21,714 nt of DNA, taken from the NCBI GenBank assembly GCA_001724265.1, contig MEDY01000275.1:62001-83714 (forward strand). The letters run 5' to 3'. Position 1 is the stretch's first letter; each line of letters opens with the position of its first letter. Below the pieces are notes generated by a model. That model was not told where the DNA came from, searched no databases, and was given only the letters and a program-made list of their open reading frames with translations. Source of the DNA: Rhizaria sp. SCN 62-66. Its lineage: Eukaryota. The translations under genes were made by a program, and so were the position numbers. Below are positions 9,266-19,700 of this stretch, one piece after another.

Positions 9266-12200
9266 TCAGTCCCACAGGAACGAGATGATGACGCGCATGC
9301 CGTTGCTCCAGTAATTCCTCTCGCTGACGGACCGCGCCTGCAGGTCCAGCGTACGCTCGGCCGTGATGATTGAGAAGCACAGGTCTTCATCGACGTCCTT
9401 GGCGCTCTTCTGCATCACCTTGGTCTTCTTGCCGTCGACGACACGCACGAGCTGCTTCGTGAACACCATCTTGCCCGTACCCCAGTCAATCGACACGGTC
9501 CGGTTGTCCTGCATGATGCGCATCACGACCATACGTTCGTGCGGTTTGCCCAGGCGCCCGTGCTTGAGGAACATCTCGCCCACGAGGGCCGCGCGTACGA
9601 ACTCAGTCGCAATCTCCCAGTTGTTCCGCTGCTCCTCCTCCTCGGCCGTCAGAATCTCGCCATCCTCCTCATGCTCCTCCTCGGCCTCGCGCTCCGCCGC
9701 GGCGGCCGCGGCGGCGGCGGCGGCGGCGGCCGCGGAGGGCGCGGGCAAGTTCTCATACTCGAGCTCACGATGCCCGGCGTCGTGGTGCCCCTCGTCCTCA
9801 TCCTCGTAGTCGCCCTCGCCGTCCTCGTCCTCGTAGTAGCCTTCGTCGTCGGCTTCGTCCTCACCCAGCGCGGTCCCGTGCCGGGGCCCGCGCTGCGGCG
9901 GCTGTTGCTTGCCGCCGCGCAGCTCGTAGTCGATGGGGGCGGCCGCGTCGGCCTCGGTCCGCGGGTCGCCCAGCCGTGCTAGGTGCGCGCGCTTCTCCTC
10001 GCGCTCCGCCGCAGTCTCGGGCGCTACACCGCCGTTGACGCCGTTGACGCCGCCGCGTCTGCCACGGTTGGCGTTGGCGTTGTGCAGCATGTCGTCTTCG
10101 TCCACCTCGGGCTGGTGGGCGCCGGCGCGCGACAGCGAGTGCTCGCGGTCACCGTCCTCGCCCAGCGCCTCGGCGATCGCGCTCGCCGCCGCGGCCGCCG
10201 CGGTCATCAGCGCGTAGTCCTGTCCGCGCGCGGGGGGGCGATCGCCCGCGCTGGGGCTGCGCGGCGCCGGCTGCTGCTGAGTCTGTTGCTGCTGCTGTTG
10301 TTGCTGGTGCTGGGTGGTTTCGAGCACGGGGATGTTGTCGAAGCTCTCGTCGAAGCTCGAGTCGTGACCGCCCACGGCGGCGCCCGCTCTCGCTGCGGCG
10401 GCGGCGGCGGCGGCTGTGACCGGAGAGCGCGCCTGCGGCCGCGGGCCGAGCGCCTGGTGCTGCTGCGGCAGCGGAGGCGACTCGCTGCGCCGGGCGCCGT
10501 CGCCGCCGCCCGCCGCGGGCTTGTCGCCGTGGCCGTGGCCGTGGTGCTGCTGCTGCTGGGGCGTCTGGGGCTGCTTCTTGGGCTCCATCGTCATGTTCAT
10601 GTGAGGTCGGCGCGGGCTCGCGATAGTCACCGCGGGCGCGAGCTTGAAGTGCGCGCCCGCGCCGCCCGCGCCGTCGGCGTCGTCGTCCTCGCAGTCGCCG
10701 CCGTCCTCCTCGTCGTCCGAGAGGCCCTGGATGAGCGCGTCGACCTCGCCCAGGATGTCCATGTGCCGTTGTGCAGCCGCGGACTTGACGCCCCCCCCGG
10801 CGTGCGCCGCGCCGCTCGCGTGGCGCGCCTCGGCGGCGTCCTGCATCGCGTGGAGGTCGCGCTCCTGGCGCAGCCCGCGCAGCCGCGCGTCCGCTTCAGG
10901 ATCCGCAGCGGTGGTTGCACCAGGGGTAGGCGCAGGCGCAGCAGCGGCAGGAGCGGCGGCAGCGGCTGCAGGAGCGTTGGCGTGGGAGCGCGGGGCCAGC
11001 GCGGCGGCGGCGGCGGCGAGCGCAGCGCCAGTGGCCGCCGCGGCCGCCGCGGCCTCCGAGGTCGCGACTGCGGCGGGCACCGCGGGAAAGACAGGCGCTG
11101 GCGGGCGATATACCGAGAAGGCGACGGTGCCCGCGGGGACGGTGGCGACGAGCTTGGGTAGCAGCGCCGTCAGCGCGGGCTCGCGCGGGAACGCGGCAGC
11201 CGCGGCGGCCGTCAGCGCGGGGTGCGGCACGTTGCGCACGGCGCGGAGCTGGTCCGCAGCGGCCTGCTGCACCGCGGCGACCGCGGCGGTCAGCCACCCC
11301 GCCTCAGGCAGGAACGGCGCCGCGGCGGCCAGCGCGGCGGCGACCGCGGCCAGCGCGGGCAGCACGTGCTGCGCGGGCGCGCTCGCCGCCGCCGCCGTGG
11401 GCTTGCCCGTGATGGTCACGGCGAAGGGCGCCGCGGGCACCAGCGCCAGCGCGGTGAGTGTGGCCGCGACGAGCGTCTGAATGTAGGCCGCCTCCAGGTG
11501 GTCGAGCGGCTCAAAGCCCAGCAGCGGGCGCTGCGACCACGACGCCGGCGAGCGGGCCGCGGCGTAGGCGCGCGCGGACTCGGCGAGGGCGCCGAAGACG
11601 GCGGCGGCGGAGGACGTCGACAGCAGATGACATTGCGCGGCGCCGGCCGCGGCGGCGAGAACGGCCGCCTCGGACCCCGCGGCGGCAACCGGGATGCCCA
11701 CGGTCGCCGTAACCACGTCGCCCCCCGCGCCCGCGGCGGCGTCCCCAGCGGCGGGGAGCAGCGTGCTGCGGGCCGTGGCGAGCACGCGCGCGACGGCCGT
11801 GGTGGGGTCAAGCGGCCACCCCAACGCCGCGGCCTGCGCGGGCGCCGCGGCGTGCGCAGTGGCCGTGGCGGCGGCGCCGCGCAGCGCGGCGGCGGCCTGC
11901 AGCAGCGGCAGCCAGAGCGGCGCCTTGGCGGGCCCAAGCGCGGCGGCGGTGCACGCGGGCAGGCTCTCGGCCAGCGCGGCGGCGTCGTTGAGCGCCAGGT
12001 CGCACAGCGCGAGGCCGACATGCGCGTCCGCCGAGACGGCCAGCGCCACGGGCGCCGCCGCGTCCGCCGCCGCCGCGCCCGCCGAGGCCGAGCTGGCCTT
12101 GGCGGCAACGTACTTGACGGCCTTGTCGAAAACCTTGCGCGCCTTGTCGTGCAGGCGCAGATGGTGTTGCGCCCAGCCGATGGCCACCACGGCCGAGATG

Positions 12201-13531
12201 TCGTTCTTGACGGCCGCGAGCGTCTGTCCGACCAGCTTCAGCACGCCGGCGCCGGGCACCGCTGCGGGAGCTGCTGAGTCAGCAGCGGCCGCGGCCGCGG
12301 GCGGGAGGACTGTGAGCACGGTGGCCGTGGTGGCGAGCCGGGCGGCCCGGACCGTGAGTGCGGCCGACGCGTTCTCGGTGTCCGCGACGGCCTCGATCAC
12401 GCCGCGGAACGCGCCCTGCACCGCGGTGACATACGCCTCCGCCGCGCCGCTGCTGCCGGCGCCGCTGGCGTGGCTGGGGCGGGCGAGCGCGTCGAGGAGC
12501 AGGATGGAGCGCGAGGAGACGAGCGAAAGCGCAGCGGCCTCGCGCCCCGGACCCGGCGTGGCGGCGTCGGCCTGCGCGAGCGCGCGCGCCTTGTCCCACT
12601 GCGAGAGCCCCGAGGCGAGCAGCACGCGTGCCTTCTCCTCGGCGTGCGGCGTGAAGCCCGGCGCGGCGAGCTGGATGCGCTTGAGGTCCTTGAGCGCGTC
12701 GACCCACCCGCGGTCCACGGCGTGCAGCCGCGCGCGCAGCAGCAGCGCGCCCGCGTCGCGCGCCTTCGCGGACCCGCGCGTAAGCGCCAGCGCCGTCGCC
12801 ACGTGCGCGCGTGCAGACGCCACGTGCGCGGCGGCGGCGGCGGCGGCGGCGGTCGTCGCGGGGGTCGAGGCGGCGCCCGCGGCGGCGGCCGGGTCGGTGA
12901 GCGAGATGGCGGGCGGCAAGAAGGCCAGCGCGGGCAGCGGCAGCGCCTCGCACGCGAGTGCAAGCGCGACGTCGGCGGCGAGCGCGGGCGCGGACGCGTC
13001 GGTGGCAGGCGACTTGGCCGCCACGCGGTCCGCGCACTGCTTGGCCTTGTCGAGCTTGCCCGTGAGCAGGAAATAGCGCGCCACGAGCGCGAGGCCCTGC
13101 AGCGAGGCCGCCTTGAGCTCGCGCTTGAAGGCCTCCTTGTGCGCGGGCGTCGCCGGGAGCGTCTTGTCGCGCGTGGTCGACACGGCGGCCAGCGCGGCGG
13201 CGCGGGCGCTGGGGGCCGCGGGCGCGTCCGCGACCAGGGGCGCGGCCGGGTCGGCCATCGTCCTCAGCAGCTGGCGCGACTGCAGCGCGTCCGGATGCGC
13301 GAGCGCGCGCCAAAACCGCAGCGCATCCGTCTCGGTTGCGGTCAGCGGCGCCGTGGCGCCGTCGGCGGAGGCTGCCACGGAGCCCGCCGCGGCGGCAGCG
13401 AGAGCTGCGTCAGCGACCGAGTAGGCGGCCGCCTTCATGTCGTGTGAGAGCCAGTAGAACGTCTCGACCAGCGCCGGGTGGGTCAGCGTAGGCACCACGA
13501 CGGCGGACGGGTCCACAGCTGACGTGGCCAT
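9266..13531 (-). CDS. TPR protein resembling the N-terminal half of IFT139/TTC21, fused through a disordered acidic/Gln-rich linker to a C-terminal PH domain (1421 aa, no intron needed)
   Basis: Uninterrupted ORF with first ATG at 13531 (MATSAVDPS) and TGA stop. Helical blocks such as ARYFLLTGKLDKAKQCADRV, ALLLRARLH...WVDALKDLKRIQLAAPGFTPHAEEKARVLLA..QWDKA, IGWAQHHLRLHDKARKVFDKAV and AHVGLALCDL follow the order I recall for TTC21B. PH domain at the C-terminus. Confidence 0.75.
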   Translation of the reverse strand: MATSAVDPSAVVVPTLTHPALVETFYWLSHDMKAAAYSVADAALAAAAAGSVAASADGATAPLTATETDALRFWRALAHPDALQSRQLLRTMADPAAPLVADAPAAPSARAAALAAVSTTRDKTLPATPAHKEAFKRELKAASLQGLALVARYFLLTGKLDKAKQCADRVAAKSPATDASAPALAADVALALACEALPLPALAFLPPAISLTDPAAAAGAASTPATTAAAAAAAAHVASARAHVATALALTRGSAKARDAGALLLRARLHAVDRGWVDALKDLKRIQLAAPGFTPHAEEKARVLLASGLSQWDKARALAQADAATPGPGREAAALSLVSSRSILLLDALARPSHASGAGSSGAAEAYVTAVQGAFRGVIEAVADTENASAALTVRAARLATTATVLTVLPPAAAAAADSAAPAAVPGAGVLKLVGQTLAAVKNDISAVVAIGWAQHHLRLHDKARKVFDKAVKYVAAKASSASAGAAAADAAAPVALAVSADAHVGLALCDLALNDAAALAESLPACTAAALGPAKAPLWLPLLQAAAALRGAAATATAHAAAPAQAAALGWPLDPTTAVARVLATARSTLLPAAGDAAAGAGGDVVTATVGIPVAAAGSEAAVLAAAAGAAQCHLLSTSSAAAVFGALAESARAYAAARSPASWSQRPLLGFEPLDHLEAAYIQTLVAATLTALALVPAAPFAVTITGKPTAAAASAPAQHVLPALAAVAAALAAAAPFLPEAGWLTAAVAAVQQAAADQLRAVRNVPHPALTAAAAAAFPREPALTALLPKLVATVPAGTVAFSVYRPPAPVFPAVPAAVATSEAAAAAAATGAALAAAAAALAPRSHANAPAAAAAAPAAAAPAPTPGATTAADPEADARLRGLRQERDLHAMQDAAEARHASGAAHAGGGVKSAAAQRHMDILGEVDALIQGLSDDEEDGGDCEDDDADGAGGAGAHFKLAPAVTIASPRRPHMNMTMEPKKQPQTPQQQQHHGHGHGDKPAAGGGDGARRSESPPLPQQHQALGPRPQARSPVTAAAAAAAARAGAAVGGHDSSFDESFDNIPVLETTQHQQQQQQQQTQQQPAPRSPSAGDRPPARGQDYALMTAAAAAASAIAEALGEDGDREHSLSRAGAHQPEVDEDDMLHNANANRGRRGGVNGVNGGVAPETAAEREEKRAHLARLGDPRTEADAAAPIDYELRGGKQQPPQRGPRHGTALGEDEADDEGYYEDEDGEGDYEDEDEGHHDAGHRELEYENLPAPSAAAAAAAAAAAAAEREAEEEHEEDGEILTAEEEEQRNNWEIATEFVRAALVGEMFLKHGRLGKPHERMVVMRIMQDNRTVSIDWGTGKMVFTKQLVRVVDGKKTKVMQKSAKDVDEDLCFSIITAERTLDLQARSVSERNYWSNGMRVIISFLWD
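9275..9600 (-). other. PH domain (Mcp5/PLC-like subtype)
   Basis: GEMFLKHGRLGKPHERMV...IDWG...VVDGKKTKVM...CFSIITAERTLDLQARSVSERNYWSNGMRVII, with the invariant C-terminal helix Trp and a basic beta1-beta2 loop. Confidence 0.9.
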
Positions 13532-14259
13532 CGCTGTGGGAAAGCGCGGTATGGGCAGGGAGTGGACGGAACAAAGTTGGACAGAGAGCAAGGCGTGACA
13601 GTGAGAGGAGGAGTTGAAGAGGCAGATATGACCAGGTTTGGCGAGCTCTGTAGGAACATTATTAAAAATTTGGATATTAATTTATCACGGTCCAACCGAA
13701 GAAATGCACTGATTCACAACTTCATGAGCAGGTGACGTGGAATGACACGCTTAAAATCGTCGATTGATGCCTAGGCGCCCAGTCGCTGGCGCAGTGGCCT
13801 TGCGGCCAGCTAATATCACACCCGAGAAGGTGATCTTTAACATGCAGCAGCGCACTTCTTTGACCGTCTTTATCTTAGTAAGCCACGAATTTCATTATGC
13901 TCGTTTGTACTATAACTGCCATTTTACTCCACACTTTATCGTATATTGTTGTATTGCTCTGTCCGTGTTCTTGCAAAGCTGGATTTCAACGGGCATGCTA
14001 CGTATGGTCTGCCCCAGACCTAGACCCAGAACTCACACTCAACACTTATTTTTACTATTTTTGCACGGACCCTAATCTAGAGCACTTACTTACAAAACAT
14101 CTGAACTGCACTATTACACTTGAATCGCCTCGAAACCCCTCCAGGTCCATCGCCGCAGTGCCCGTGCGACCCCTTTTCTGGCGCGTCAGTCGCCCCTCGC
14201 TCCCGCCCTCACTCTCCCTCCGCTGTGACTGCCCTTCTCTGCCTGCTGTTGCCTGATTC

Positions 14260-15864
14260 ATGTCACAGCCGAACAACGCGCGCTCCGGTGCCCCGCGGCC
14301 GGCGCTCGAGGATGACGACGACGACGTGCCGTCTTTCATCGCCATCTTGTCGGAGCAGGGCACTCTGCCACCCCGCCCTGCGCCCGCCCCCGCGCCCACC
14401 GCGGCGTCGGTCTACGCACCCGCGACTGGCGCCGTGGAGGGCGCGTTCACGGCGCCCGCGGTGACGCGCGCGTTCTCGGCGTTGTCCGACGCAGACTACA
14501 CGTCCTCACCCACCTACGGCAACAAAAACGGTCACCTGCACGCCTACGGCAGCCCTGGGGGTAGAAACGCTGCCGGCGCTGCTGCCGGCGGTGGCGCGAG
14601 TCTGTCCCCGCCCCGCCCCGCCCCCGGCCGCGCCCCGCGGTCCCCGCGCGGGCTCACGCCGCGCTCGCCGCCGAGCGACCGTGAGCAGCTGGGTGACCGT
14701 GAGCAGTTGGGTGGGGTGGTCGGCAGCGGCGCCGCGGTCAACCCCGACGACGGCGCCAGCGCGGCGTACCCCAACGCGGCGGGCAACATCAACGTGAACC
14801 TCTTCGGCGGCGGCAAGCCCGCCCGCGCCCGGAGGGACGATGACGACGACGGCGTGCCCGCGTTCATCCGCATCATCTCCGACGATATCCCCGCTGCGGC
14901 GGCTGCAAAAACGACTATGAAGGCTGCGGTTGACGATATCCCCGACTCAAGCTCGCTCGATGGCTCTGGCAACGGCATCCCGACCCTCCCCGGCCTCACT
15001 GCCACTGCCGCTGCTTCCGCAACTGCGACGATCGTGGCCGCGACCGCCGCTGTGCCGCCGCTGCTGATCTACGCGCCCGCGCCGGCGCCGCTGCCGAGCG
15101 ACTACGCCGCGCCGCTGGTGTCCTACCACACCTCCGCTCCGCGCCGCCGTGGCAGGCGTTCGGACCCGGCCTCGGCGTCCTCTGCGGCCTCCCTCAACGG
15201 TGACGACTTTGGCTCCGGGTCTAGCGCGGCCGCGGCCGTCGCCGAACACATTCCACCGGCGCAGCTGCTGCTGCCCGGCGCGCTGCCCGCGCAGCCACGC
15301 GTTGCGCTCGCCTTCCCACCCTACACCGCGCCCGCGGTCTCCGTTGGCGGCGGCAGCGGCGGCGGCAACGGCAACGCGCAGTCCGCCGCGTCGGCCGCGT
15401 CGGCCGCCGCCGCCGCCGAGGCTGCCGCGGAGGCCGCCGAGCGCGCGGAGCCGATCGTGGTGTACTCGAGCGCGGGGCTGCGCGGCGATGAGGTCCGCGG
15501 GCGCCGCCTGCGTGTGTGCGCGCTGTCCATCTTCCTCCCGCTCCACATCCTCCTCGCGCTCATCGTCTTCTTCTTCCTGCCCTACTCCATGGACGCCGGC
15601 GGCGACGCGCGCTACGACGACCTGGCGCTCGCGGCGTGCGGCATCGGCGTCGCGGCCGCCGTCGCCGTCATGTGGCTACAGTCGCCGCTGCTGCTGGGCG
15701 TCTTCGTCGTGGCATACGTGCTCGACGCCCTCATCAACCTCGTCCGCTTTGTCAATATCGTCCAGTTCCTCGGTGTGCTCGTGCAGCTACTTATTTGCTA
15801 TCTAATTGCGGGGTATGGGGCAACGTTGCAGCCGTCTTGGGTCAAGCTGTAGCCCGCTGCATGA
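14260..15864 (+). CDS. Membrane protein with long disordered N-terminus and about 4 C-terminal hydrophobic helices (534 aa if TAG 15850-15852 is read, otherwise 530 aa)
   Basis: ATG at 14260 after a pyrimidine-rich leader. Hydrophobic segments ALSIFLPLHILLALIVFFFLP, LALAACGIGVAAAVAVMWL, LLLGVFVVAYVLDALINLV and IVQFLGVLVQLLICYLIAG. End reads CTG TAG CCC GCT GCA TGA. Confidence 0.8.
14677..14712 (+). repeat. 18-bp tandem duplication encoding DREQLG x2
   Basis: gaccgtgagcagctgggt followed by gaccgtgagcagttgggt (one synonymous mismatch). Confidence 0.9.
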
Positions 15865-16737
15865 GCTAACTGTGTTACTGTACTAGTTAATGCCGGATAG
15901 CAAGCACGGCGCGCACGACTTTTGACACCTTTGTTGCCTTTAAGTTTACGTAGTTTTAAAAAAGTTTTTCAGTTTCTCTATGTTGTTTTGTTAAGTACCT
16001 TTTTAGATTGTCTTTCTAGCCATTATTCGCCTGACTATCTCTTTCCACAGCAGTGCGCATCATTATTGTGCACTTTGTGTCAACCTTGTTTCTTCTTTCC
16101 TTAAGTGACTTGCGCACAGTGCTGCAGGCCAGCTTGATGTTTGACGCCTTGAGGAGTCTGCATACGTGCTACGCACCCCGTCGGGTTGCGTGGGTTTATC
16201 ATTTGTTACCTAGTTTCGTTCTTGCAGCAGTGCAGCGAGGATGGTCATCTCAAGTGCACTAACTCAAGTTACTACCTATAGACCAGGATAATACACAGTT
16301 ATAACTTCACTATACACACTTTGAGAGTAAATACACCATAAGAAGTACTATTGTGCAATATTGGTGCGATCGCGGTAATTTGACGCCCGGTATAGTGCAA
16401 ATATGCGGTGCGGTGAGGCGCGACTGTGAGCAGGCGCAGTGCCCACCCATCATCATCCGCGTTGAGAGGACTGTTGTTCAACACGGTCCTTTGACGTACA
16501 TGTAACGGAAAAGTCAAATGTATAACGCTGGCCAGTGAGTTTACTTATAATTGTCTTTATATTTTAAATTAAACTTTCCTCACACTTCTTATTACCATTG
16601 TGCACCCACGGTTTCAGGTCTCTTTGTCTGCTTGTGCGACCGTCCGTGTATCTCCTTGCGCAGAGCCAGTTTCACGCCACCACAGCTTTCCTGCTGCTGG
16701 TTTCTTTCACCCTCTCGGAACCCCATCTGCTAACATT

Positions 16738-19700
16738 ATGTCTGCGTTGGGATTTGCTTCAAGGTCGAGTAGCTCTGCTCGCGCCCGCCCACCAGGTGCG
16801 TCTACCTCGCCAGTTTCGCCTGCGAGTCATACGGTGGCCCGCGCTGCGGCTGACTCTTTCTTCGTGTCGTGCCTTGCTGACACGCTATCTGCCGCTGCTG
16901 AGTACATCATTGACAGCCGCAAGCGTTATACGCCCCTTGAAGCCATCAATGCTGCCCTGACCTCGCTCCCGGCCTCCGCAGCAGCCCCTGCACAAGTCAC
17001 GCAATCTGCCCCCGCCGTCTCTGCCGCCCTCGTCTCTGCTCCTGCTTCTGTCCCGGCTCCTGCGCATGTCGCCGCCTCGGTGCCGGTTTCTATTGTTACT
17101 GCTTCTTCTGTCCCAACCACTGCCTCCGCCTCTGGGCTGTCGTCCGCGGCCACGGGCTCCGCCGCGGTCGCCGCGCTGGCCGCGCTGCCGTGGGACGCGC
17201 TACTGGACCCAGCGACCTACGGCGGCGCGCGCGGCGGAGGCGGGCTCGACCCCGAGACCGCCGCGCTGCTCACTCTGCTGCGTGACGAGGCGCAGGCCGC
17301 CAACGCATCTCCTGATGCGAAGACTGCGCAGGCTGGCACGAGCGCGGGCACAAGCGGCAACAAGTGGAGCAGCAAGAAACATGATGACGTGCCTGCGTTG
17401 CTTGCTGCGGCGCCTGGGAGCGACGTTCTGCCCGCGCCCGCGTTTGTCCCTGCCAAACCCACTTTGCTGGCGTCCTACGACGCTTCTCTCCTTGCCCTCA
17501 TCAACAACAACGACGGCAACGCCAACGTTCGTAGCAGCAACAACAGCAGCACCGCTGCGTCGGTCGCCGCTTCTGCGGCTCTGCCGCTGCCGCTGCCGCC
17601 GCTGCCCCCCGCGGCGGGCACGGCGGCCGCCACGCTGGCGCGCGCAGCGCTGACCGCGGCGGACTCGGCCCTGGCGGCCGCAGGCGTGCAGCACGCCACC
17701 GACGCGGCGCTTCTGGCCGAGGCGGCACGCCGCGCGGACCGGCTTAACGCGCAGGTCGCCGCGCTCGCCGACGCGCAGGCCGTGTGGGACGACCGCGAGG
17801 GACTGCGCGGCGTCGAACGTGGCGCCGCGGCGGAGAGCTGGGAGGCCGCACTCGCCGCCGCCACCGAGGCCGGGGCGCGGCTAGCTCGGTCGGAGGCGCG
17901 GGAACGCGAGCGGCTTGCGCGCGCGCAGGCGCGGGACCAGCTGGGCGGCGAGCGCGCGCGGTGGCGCCGCGAGCGCAGGCGCGTGCGCGCGCTGGTGAAG
18001 CGGGCGAACGAGGCGCGCGTGCTGCTCGTGGCGGGCGGCGACGCGGCCGAGGTGCTGGCCGCGCTCGATGGCGTCGCCGACGACGCGGCCGCGACCGAGG
18101 CCGAGGACGCCGAGCGCAGCAACGGCTATGAGGCCAACGAGCACGATGATGCTGAGGAGGAGGACGACGGTGACGCCGACGGCGACGACAGCGGCGACGA
18201 CAGCACGCTCGAGGAGACGGCGGCCGCCGTGCCCGGGGTGCCTGCGCGCGCGCCGCGCGTGGCTCGGCTGCAGGCACGCATCCGCGTCCTGCTCTGCGAG
18301 ATCGCGCGCCTGAACCACGAGGACGTGGCTCTGCCGTACAGCGAGTACGACGCGCTGCTTGCCTCGCTCACGCCGGCGGGCTCGACGCAGGCACTCGCCG
18401 CCGCCGCGGCCGCCGCGGGCGCTGCGGGCGCGGGTAGCAACGGCTCCGCGGACGACGCCGCGAACGAGACGCTGACCCGGGCCGCGAACGGCGAAGGGTA
18501 CTACGGTGTGCTGCCGTTTGCGGTGCTCGAGCTGGCAGAGGAGGAGGCCGCGCTGCTCACGACGGCGACCACAGCTGCGACGCTTAGCAGCGGCAACGAC
18601 GCCGACGAGGAGGCCGCGCAGCTCCTCTCTGCCGGTGGCCTCTCCGAGGAAGTTCTCGCCGTGTTTGCCCACCTTAACGCGCAGCGCGCTGCTGTCGCCG
18701 CGGTGCTCGATGCCGCCGACGCTGCACCGGCCACGTTTCCCGCGGCGCACGGCGGCGCCGCGGCGCTCCCGGCACTGCCCAAGGTCACCCCGCCACCCCG
18801 CATCGGTCTGCGCGCGCAGAACACGCTGCTGCGGCTCGCCCTGCGCGCCGTGCAGCGCCGTGGCGGAGACCTGGCCGCCGTCGCCGCGACCACCGCCGCA
18901 GTCGCCGGCCGCAGCGGGCGGTTCGCGGCCTCCGAAGCTGAACTGCGCCGACGGCTGCACAAGAGCCAGGCCGCGCTTGCGCGGTCCGTGTCGCGCGAGG
19001 CGATCGCGGCCGCCGCGGCCGAGGCCGGCGCGATTGCGGCCGCGCGCGAGCCGCGCCTGCTGGCGTCGCTGCGCACGTGGCGGGCCCGTGCGCGCGTGAT
19101 GCACGGCGATCGCGCGCGGCTGTGGGCAGTGGTGGACTCGGTGCTGGGCGCGCAGGGCGCCGTGTCGACCGCGAGTCAGCCCGCGCTGACCACCGCCGCG
19201 GGCCTGCGCAAAGCCGTGCAGGGCGGCTGGGACGCGCTCGCGAGCCTGGGCGTCGCGCTGGGCACCGCGGACGCGGCGTTCCCCGGCGTGCGCGACCCCG
19301 TGTCCGCGGCCAAGTTCGCCGCCGGCACGGTGCGGCCCATCACGGGCGCCTGGGGCGGCGGCGTGGGTGCCAAGCGCAGGCCCGTCCACATTGCGGAGAG
19401 CGCAATTCCGGGTACGCACATGGCCATGACAGCTGCTGATGATCCGGGCGAGTATGCTGCATACGGTGATGAGTATGAGGGCGACTACGATCTCGACGCT
19501 GAGGCCGCTGCGGACGCCGTTGCTGAGGCGGAGTACGAGGCGTATCAGGCCGATCTCAATGCCACCGTGGCCAGCAAGCCCGTTGCCAAGCCTGTCCCTG
19601 TTGCGCTCGCTGCTGGCGGACCGGCGACTGCCGCTGTTGCCGTCGACAGCACCACGAAGCGCACTCCCAAAGCGAAGACTCCTCACGGCAAGGTCTCAAA

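Noticed and set aside
2108-16497. TGACGT about 190-250 bp upstream of three ATGs (2108, 13733, 16492)
   Set aside because: A 6-mer is expected a few times by chance in this much non-coding DNA, and it also occurs at 2567 (reverse) and inside an intron.
16467-16517. Two weak adjacent inverted repeats (aggactgttg/caacacggtcct and ttgac/gtcaa)
   Set aside because: Short and imperfect, with no tRNA, snRNA or snoRNA hallmarks. I saw no tRNA, including a CUA-anticodon tRNA, in this window.
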